From assembly GCA_934462945.1 (NCBI GenBank), contig CAKSJF010000026.1, forward strand, positions 1 through 30,136: a stretch of 30,136 nucleotides of DNA, read 5' to 3'. The stretch comes from an uncultured Clostridia bacterium (GTDB lineage Bacteria; Bacillota; Clostridia; UBA1381). The notes under the pieces are model-generated. The model did no database searches, was not told the DNA's origin, and was given only the letters and a program-made list of their open reading frames with translations. Shown here in pieces: positions 24,617 to 30,136 of this stretch (positions are counted from its first letter, which is position 1; each line of letters begins with the position of its first letter). The position numbers and the translations under genes were made by a program.

Positions 24617-25766
24617 ATATTGTATAATCTTTTGGTCTCTCACTTCTCAGTCCGAATGAATATAAAATTGCCTCGACGGTTCGCTTGGAGGCATTGCCGT
24701 CACCATAGGGGTTTGCGGCATGCGCCATTTTTTTGTAGCTTTCCTCGTGATCTAAAAGATCTCTTGCCATGCGGACGATCATCTCGCGGTCGACTCCGGC
24801 AATTTTTACAGTTCCGGCAGCGACTGCCTCGGGGCGTTCGGTTTCCCTGCGAAGTACCAATACCGGCTTTGCAAGCGCCGGCGCCTCCTCCTGGATGCCG
24901 CCGGAATCGGTCATAACCAGATAGCTTCTTGCCATGGCATTATGCAGTTCGTCTACATTGACCGGATCAATCAGATGAACGCGCGGTGTATCTCCTAATA
25001 TCCGGAACACTACCTCGCGGACTGCCGGATTGAGGTGAACCGGGTATACCAGCTCCACATCCGGATAGCTCTCTACAATTTCCTTTAGGGCATTGCAGAT
25101 GTTTTCCAGCGGCTCGCCGAGATTCTCCCGGCGGTGTGCCGTTACTAAAATAACACGTTTATTCTTGTAATCAAGTTCATTTAAAAGCTTTGTCTCAAAA
25201 TGATAATCTTCCCGGACGGTCGTTTTTAATGCGTCAATGACAGTATTGCCGGTGATAAAGATGTTGTCCGGTGAAATATTCTCTTTTAAAAGGTTTTCCC
25301 GATTCTGCACGGTCGGCGAAAAATGCAGATCTGCAATTCTGCCGGTCAGACAGCGGTTCATTTCCTCCGGGAACGGAGAGTATTTATCATAGGTGCGGAG
25401 TCCTGCCTCTACATGTCCGACCTTGATTTGATTGTAGAATGCTGCCAATGCACCGACAAAGGTGGTGGAGGTGTCTCCATGCACTAAGACAATGTCCGGC
25501 TTGGATTCCTTTAAAACGCCGTCTAATCCCTCTAAAACGCGTGTGGTGATTCCCACAAGGCTCTGACGTTCTTTCATAATATCCAAATCATATTCCGGCT
25601 TGATTTTGAAAATCTCCAACACCTGGTCGAGCATTTCACGGTGCTGTGCGGTCACGCAGACCTCCGATTCGATCTCCGGATATTTCCGAAGTTCCAACGC
25701 TAAGGGCGCCATTTTAATTGCTTCCGGACGCGTGCCGAAAACGGTCATAACTTTAATTTTTTTCAT
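24615..25766 (-). CDS. wecB: UDP-N-acetylglucosamine 2-epimerase (non-hydrolysing)
   Basis: KVMTVFGTRPEAIKMAPL, VLVHGDTSTT, TDSGGIQEEAP. The ATG at 25766 follows aaggag by 7 nt and overlaps the upstream gene by 14 nt. Confidence 0.88.
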   Translation of the reverse strand: MKKIKVMTVFGTRPEAIKMAPLALELRKYPEIESEVCVTAQHREMLDQVLEIFKIKPEYDLDIMKERQSLVGITTRVLEGLDGVLKESKPDIVLVHGDTSTTFVGALAAFYNQIKVGHVEAGLRTYDKYSPFPEEMNRCLTGRIADLHFSPTVQNRENLLKENISPDNIFITGNTVIDALKTTVREDYHFETKLLNELDYKNKRVILVTAHRRENLGEPLENICNALKEIVESYPDVELVYPVHLNPAVREVVFRILGDTPRVHLIDPVNVDELHNAMARSYLVMTDSGGIQEEAPALAKPVLVLRRETERPEAVAAGTVKIAGVDREMIVRMARDLLDHEESYKKMAHAANPYGDGNASKRTVEAILYSFGLRSERPKDYTI

Positions 25767-26832
25767 CTGGTTTCTCCTTTGTTTCCTCATTCTCTCCGGT
25801 ATTTAGAATCATACCCTCAATCAGAATAAATACCAAAACACATATCAGAATCAGAATGGCGCGGAGCGCGGTGCTCTCTGCCAAAACCACTGCTGTAATT
25901 CCCAAAACACCGCTGATGGCATAGAGAATAAAAACAGTCTGCTTTTGCGAAAATCCCATATCAATCAGACGGTGGTGCAGGTGACCGCGGTCTGCCTTCA
26001 TCGGACTCTGTCCTTTGGAAATTCTCCGAAGCATTGCAAAGACAGCGTCAAAAAGCGGCAAACCGAGAATCAAAAGCGGTACTGCAAAGGATATGATTGC
26101 ATAGCTTTTGAACACACACTGAATGGACATGGTGGCAAGCAGGAATCCTATAAAGGTGGAGCCGGTGTCGCCCATGAAGATTTTTGCAGGGTTAAAGTTG
26201 TAGGGAAGAAAGCCAAAGCATGCGCCCATCAGCGAAATCCCTAAAAGCGCCACCGGATATTCTCCCACGCGAAGTGCAATAAATACTAAGCTGACCGACA
26301 TGATCGCAGAAACGCCTGCTGCCAGACCGTCTAAGCCGTCAATAAAGTTCACAGCATTTGTAATAAACACAATCCAAAGTATCGTGACCGGAATGGATAC
26401 CCAGTCGGGAAGAATCCAGTATGGGTTTTCTGAGAGAAAGTTTGGATTGGTTAATACGTCAATTTTCAGATTGCCGCCGATCACAACAATGCAGGCTGCT
26501 AAAATCTGAATCAGAAATTTTGGTTTCGCATCTAATGCTTTTATATCGTCCACAACGCCCATTGCCGCAATAATGCCTGCCCCGATAAAGGAGGCAATAA
26601 TGCGCCGCGAGGGGGCACGGTAAAAGCATAGAACCGCAACGGTAAATCCAAAAATGATTGCAAGTCCGCCCAGACGCGGAATCGGATGGGTGTGCATTCT
26701 GCGTCCGTCCTTTGGAATGTCAACCGCCTTTAGCTTAAATGCCCATTTCCGCACCAGAGGTGTGGATGCAAAGCTAAATACAAACGCGACGATAAATGCG
26801 CCGATCAAAGAAAAAATATCTTGTCTTATCAT
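25753..26832 (-). CDS. tagO: Glycosyltransferase family 4 (MraY-like): undecaprenyl-phosphate GlcNAc-1-phosphate transferase
   Basis: About 10 TM segments, with DIPKDGRRMHTHPIPRLGG, NAVNFIDGLDGLA and FMGDTGS motifs. Confidence 0.8.
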   Translation of the reverse strand: MIRQDIFSLIGAFIVAFVFSFASTPLVRKWAFKLKAVDIPKDGRRMHTHPIPRLGGLAIIFGFTVAVLCFYRAPSRRIIASFIGAGIIAAMGVVDDIKALDAKPKFLIQILAACIVVIGGNLKIDVLTNPNFLSENPYWILPDWVSIPVTILWIVFITNAVNFIDGLDGLAAGVSAIMSVSLVFIALRVGEYPVALLGISLMGACFGFLPYNFNPAKIFMGDTGSTFIGFLLATMSIQCVFKSYAIISFAVPLLILGLPLFDAVFAMLRRISKGQSPMKADRGHLHHRLIDMGFSQKQTVFILYAISGVLGITAVVLAESTALRAILILICVLVFILIEGMILNTGENEETKEKPDEKN

Positions 26833-26859
26833 CAGTATTTTCCTTTCATAAACACGGCA

Positions 26860-27861
26860 TTAAAGCACAAAGCCGACCTTTTTATAAACTTTTTGGAGCG
26901 TTCTTCCTGCGATTTTAGAAGCACGCTCAGCACCCCGGCGGTAGATGTCCTCAAGGTATGCCTTGTCGCCGGACAATTCATCATAACGGGCGCGGATCGG
27001 GCGCAGACATTCCACCACAGCCTCTGCGGTGTCTGCCTTAAAGTCGCCGTAGCCTTTTCCCTGGTACTCGGAAACGATCGTATCAATCGGTTTTCCGGTC
27101 ACAGCGGAGAAGATGGTCAAAAGGTTGTTAATGCCTGCTTTTGTTTCGTCATTTTCACGATATTCAATCACACCCTCACTGTCGGTCACAGCACTTTTGA
27201 TCTTCTTGGCAATGACATTAAAATCATCCAGAATCGAAATATAGGCTTTCGGATTCGGATCGGATTTGGACATTTTCCTGGTCGGTTCCGTTAAGCTCAT
27301 CACCTTTGCGCCAGCTTTTGGCAGAAATCCCTCCGGAATCTTAAAGACATCCCCGTAGATTCCGTTAAAACGTCCGGCAATATCGCGTGTGATTTCAATA
27401 TGCTGCATCTGATCCTTTCCAACCGGCACTAAATCTGCCTGATATAAAAGAATGTCTGCCGCCATTAAAACCGGATAGGTAAAGAGTCCGGCATTGATGT
27501 TATCAGCATGCTTTTCCGATTTATCCTTAAACTGCGTCATACGGCTTAATTCGCCCATGTATGTAAAGCAGTCTAAAACCCAGCCAAGCTGTGCGTGCGC
27601 CGGTACATGCGACTGAATAAAAATGAGGTTTTCCTCCGGATCAACGCCGCATGCCAGATAAACCTTCAAAAGATCCAGGGTGTGCTTTCTCAGCTCTGCC
27701 GGATTCTGACGCACCGTGATGGAGTGCATGTCCATAATGGCATAGCAGCAATGGTAATCATACTGCAAATCCACAAAGTTTTTAATCGCGCCCAGATAAT
27801 TTCCGAGCGTAATATTTCCGGACGGCTGTACGCCGGATAGAATCACTTTTTTATCTTCCAT
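26860..27861 (-). CDS. trpS: Tryptophan-tRNA ligase
   Basis: SGVQPSGNITLGNYLGA (HIGH-region equivalent), KMSKS and typical length (333 aa). Confidence 0.92.
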   Translation of the reverse strand: MEDKKVILSGVQPSGNITLGNYLGAIKNFVDLQYDYHCCYAIMDMHSITVRQNPAELRKHTLDLLKVYLACGVDPEENLIFIQSHVPAHAQLGWVLDCFTYMGELSRMTQFKDKSEKHADNINAGLFTYPVLMAADILLYQADLVPVGKDQMQHIEITRDIAGRFNGIYGDVFKIPEGFLPKAGAKVMSLTEPTRKMSKSDPNPKAYISILDDFNVIAKKIKSAVTDSEGVIEYRENDETKAGINNLLTIFSAVTGKPIDTIVSEYQGKGYGDFKADTAEAVVECLRPIRARYDELSGDKAYLEDIYRRGAERASKIAGRTLQKVYKKVGFVL

Positions 27862-27863
27862 AA

Positions 27864-29060
27864 TTATTCTCCTACAACTTTTTTCAAAACGTCACCTAAG
27901 ATTTTAATACCCTTTTCAATCTTTTCCTCCGGCATCATCGAATAGTTCAGACGGAACAGATTCGACGGCGCGGTAATATCGGTGGAGAAGTTATTGCCCG
28001 GTACGAATGCAACCTTTGCCTTTAAGCTTTCCTCTAAAATTACGCCGGAATCTGTTTCCTCCGGTGCGGTGCAGAGAACGAAAATCCCACCCTCCGGATG
28101 CGTCCAGGTAACGGTTTTCGGGAAATACTGTTCCATGCAGTCAAGCATAAATCTGCATTTTTCGCCGTACAGCTTGCAGGACTTTTTAATGTATTCTTCA
28201 ATATCATATTTCTTTAAAAATTCTGTTGCCATCATCTGCGTTAAAAGCGGTGTGTGTACGTCGTTCACCTGCTTTGCAACTTCAATTCTGTCCGAGAAAG
28301 CCTCGTTGCAGACGGTATATCCTAAACGCATGCCCGGAGAAAGAATCTTGGAAAACGATCCGACATAAATGACGCGTCCCTCAGTATCCATCGACTTGAT
28401 GGTCGGAACATCCTCGCCGGCAAAACGCAGATCCCCGTAGGGGTTATCCTCAATAATAATGACGTCATACTGCGACGCTAAGGCGAGCAGTCTTTTTCTC
28501 TTTTCCAGGCTCATCGTGATACCGGAGGGATTCTGGAAAGTTGGAATGGTGTAGATTAATTTTACCTTTTTTTCCTTTAAAACTTCCTCTAACTTGTCTA
28601 AATCCATACCGTCCGACAAAACGGGAATCCCGATCAGGTTTGCGCGGTAGGAACGCAGAGAGTTAAGCGTGCCGACAAAGCTCGGAGCTTCTACCACCAC
28701 ATTTTCTCCGTCATTGATCAAAATTTTAGCTGCAAGGTCAATTCCCTGCTGTGCGCCGGTGGTCACAATAATGCGGTCACCCTCTGAAAATGCAGAAACC
28801 TTGTCCACGCGCTTTCTGATCTGTTCAATAAACGGCTTGTAGCCGTCGGTTGTGCCGTATTGGAGCGCACCTGCCGGATTGGTCATTAAGATTTTTCCGG
28901 CGATTTTTGACAATTCTTCGCCCGGAAAGAGCGCCGGATCGGGTGAGCCGCCGGCAAGAGAGATAATCTCCGGGTCTGCCATTCTCTTAAACATTTCCCG
29001 GATTGCAGATGCCTTTAGCGGCTTAATCCGGTCGGATAAATATTGATTTGAATCGATCAT
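27864..29060 (-). CDS. Class I/II PLP-dependent aminotransferase (Aro8/LysN-like)
   Basis: ISLAGGSPDP near the N-terminus, PTFQNPSG, and SFSKILSPGMRLGY (PLP-lysine motif). Confidence 0.75.
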   Translation of the reverse strand: MIDSNQYLSDRIKPLKASAIREMFKRMADPEIISLAGGSPDPALFPGEELSKIAGKILMTNPAGALQYGTTDGYKPFIEQIRKRVDKVSAFSEGDRIIVTTGAQQGIDLAAKILINDGENVVVEAPSFVGTLNSLRSYRANLIGIPVLSDGMDLDKLEEVLKEKKVKLIYTIPTFQNPSGITMSLEKRKRLLALASQYDVIIIEDNPYGDLRFAGEDVPTIKSMDTEGRVIYVGSFSKILSPGMRLGYTVCNEAFSDRIEVAKQVNDVHTPLLTQMMATEFLKKYDIEEYIKKSCKLYGEKCRFMLDCMEQYFPKTVTWTHPEGGIFVLCTAPEETDSGVILEESLKAKVAFVPGNNFSTDITAPSNLFRLNYSMMPEEKIEKGIKILGDVLKKVVGE

Positions 29061-29077
29061 ATCAAAAACTTCCTTTC

Positions 29078-30136
29078 TTATTTCATCTTTGCCCAGGAAT
29101 CCTTGAGGGCAACGGTTCTGTTAAATATCAGATGCTCCGGGGTGCTGTCGGTGTCGGCACAGAAATATCCCATCCGCAGGAACTGGAAGGTATCTCCCGG
29201 CTTTGCAGACTTCAGATTTTCCTCCAGCTTGCAGTTTTCTAAGGTGACTACAGAATCCGGATTTAAGTTTTCTAAAAAGCTTCCGACCTTGCTCTCATCT
29301 GACGGGTTTTCCACGTTAAAGAGCCGGTCGTAAAGACGGACGGTTGCGTCAATTGCATGCTTTGCGCTCACCCAGTGGATCGTACCCTTGACCTTTCTTC
29401 CGTCCGGTGACTGACCGCCGCGCGTTTCGGGATCGTAGGTACAGTGGATTACGCATACTTTTCCGTTTTCGTCCTTTTCAATGGACTGACAGGTGACATA
29501 ATAGGCGCTCTTTAAGCGTACCTCTCTGCCAATCGTCATACGGAAATACTTTTTCGGAGCGTCCTCCATAAAGTCATCCTCCTCGATGTAAAGTTCCTTG
29601 GAGAAGGTGACGGTTCGTGTTCCTGCCTCCGGATTTTCCGGATTGATTTCTACTTCAATCTGTTCCTCTAAATCCTCCGGATAATTGTCAATGACTAATT
29701 TTACCGGGCGGAGTACTGCCATAGCACGCGGTGACTTTTTATTTAAATCCTCGCGGACGCAGTATTCCAAAAGACTAAAGTCAATCACGCTGTTTGCTTT
29801 CGCAACACCGATCCGGTCGCAGAAATCGCGGATTGCTTCTGCGGTGTAGCCGCGGCGGCGCATGCCGCAGAGCGTACCCATACGCGGATCGTTCCAGCCG
29901 GATACAATGCCGTCCTGTACTAATTTTAAGCACTTTCTTTTACTGGTCAGTGTATAGTTTAAATTCATTCTGGCAAATTCAATCTGCCGGGACGGATGCT
30001 CAAAGCCTAATTCGCGTAAGAACCAATCATAAAGCGGTCGGTGATCCTCAAATTCTAAGGAACAGAGCGAGTGTGTTACGCCCTCCACGGTATCGGAAAT
30101 CGGGTGTGCAAAGTCGTACATGGGGTATACACACCA
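29078..30136 (-). CDS. glnS: Glutamine-tRNA ligase, C-terminal part (5' end beyond the window)
   Basis: VYPMYDFAHPISDTVEGVTHSLCSLEFEDHRPLYDWFL and the anticodon-binding beta-barrel region. The reading frame stays open to the window edge. Confidence 0.88.
   Translation of the reverse strand, partial: WCVYPMYDFAHPISDTVEGVTHSLCSLEFEDHRPLYDWFLRELGFEHPSRQIEFARMNLNYTLTSKRKCLKLVQDGIVSGWNDPRMGTLCGMRRRGYTAEAIRDFCDRIGVAKANSVIDFSLLEYCVREDLNKKSPRAMAVLRPVKLVIDNYPEDLEEQIEVEINPENPEAGTRTVTFSKELYIEEDDFMEDAPKKYFRMTIGREVRLKSAYYVTCQSIEKDENGKVCVIHCTYDPETRGGQSPDGRKVKGTIHWVSAKHAIDATVRLYDRLFNVENPSDESKVGSFLENLNPDSVVTLENCKLEENLKSAKPGDTFQFLRMGYFCADTDSTPEHLIFNRTVALKDSWAKMK

Overview
This window looks like a low-GC Gram-positive (Clostridia-like) chromosome, judged from gene content, TTGACA-17-TATAAT promoters, GGAGG ribosome-binding sites (RBS) and hairpin plus T-tract terminators. 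It opens with the 3' end of tRNA-Gly(GCC) and a complete tRNA-Cys(GCA). About 10 kb of accessory-looking genes follow: a TetR regulator, a GH99-like/WbsX-like protein with a TIM-barrel sugar-phosphate isomerase, a cytoplasmic beta-lactamase-fold serine hydrolase, a second TetR directly upstream of a 1004-aa secreted beta-helix protein, and a stand-alone AAA+/DUF4143 ATPase carrying a PD-(D/E)xK-like motif. The rest is mostly housekeeping: PTS enzyme I, then ung-polA-coaE, an SLT lytic transglycosylase, a cytidylate-kinase-like protein, uppP and a DUF1294 protein. After these come potABCD and a ROK glucokinase with a Doc/Fic-like gene. On the minus strand lie glnS (partial), an aminotransferase, trpS, a tagO-like gene and wecB. 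I saw no rRNA, CRISPR array, transposase, integrase or reverse transcriptase, and I cannot point to a convincing new multi-gene system. The most interesting items are: (1) a two-gene DUF1902/HicA-like toxin-antitoxin cassette bounded by perfect 29-bp direct repeats, inserted between the DUF1294 gene and its terminator; (2) the monocistronic ATPase-nuclease candidate; (3) a Doc-type Fic-fold protein lacking the catalytic His, tightly linked to glucokinase; (4) the TetR plus giant beta-helix surface protein pair; (5) an oddly structured non-coding stretch downstream of tRNA-Cys. All functional calls come from reading motifs in the supplied translations; no database search was run.
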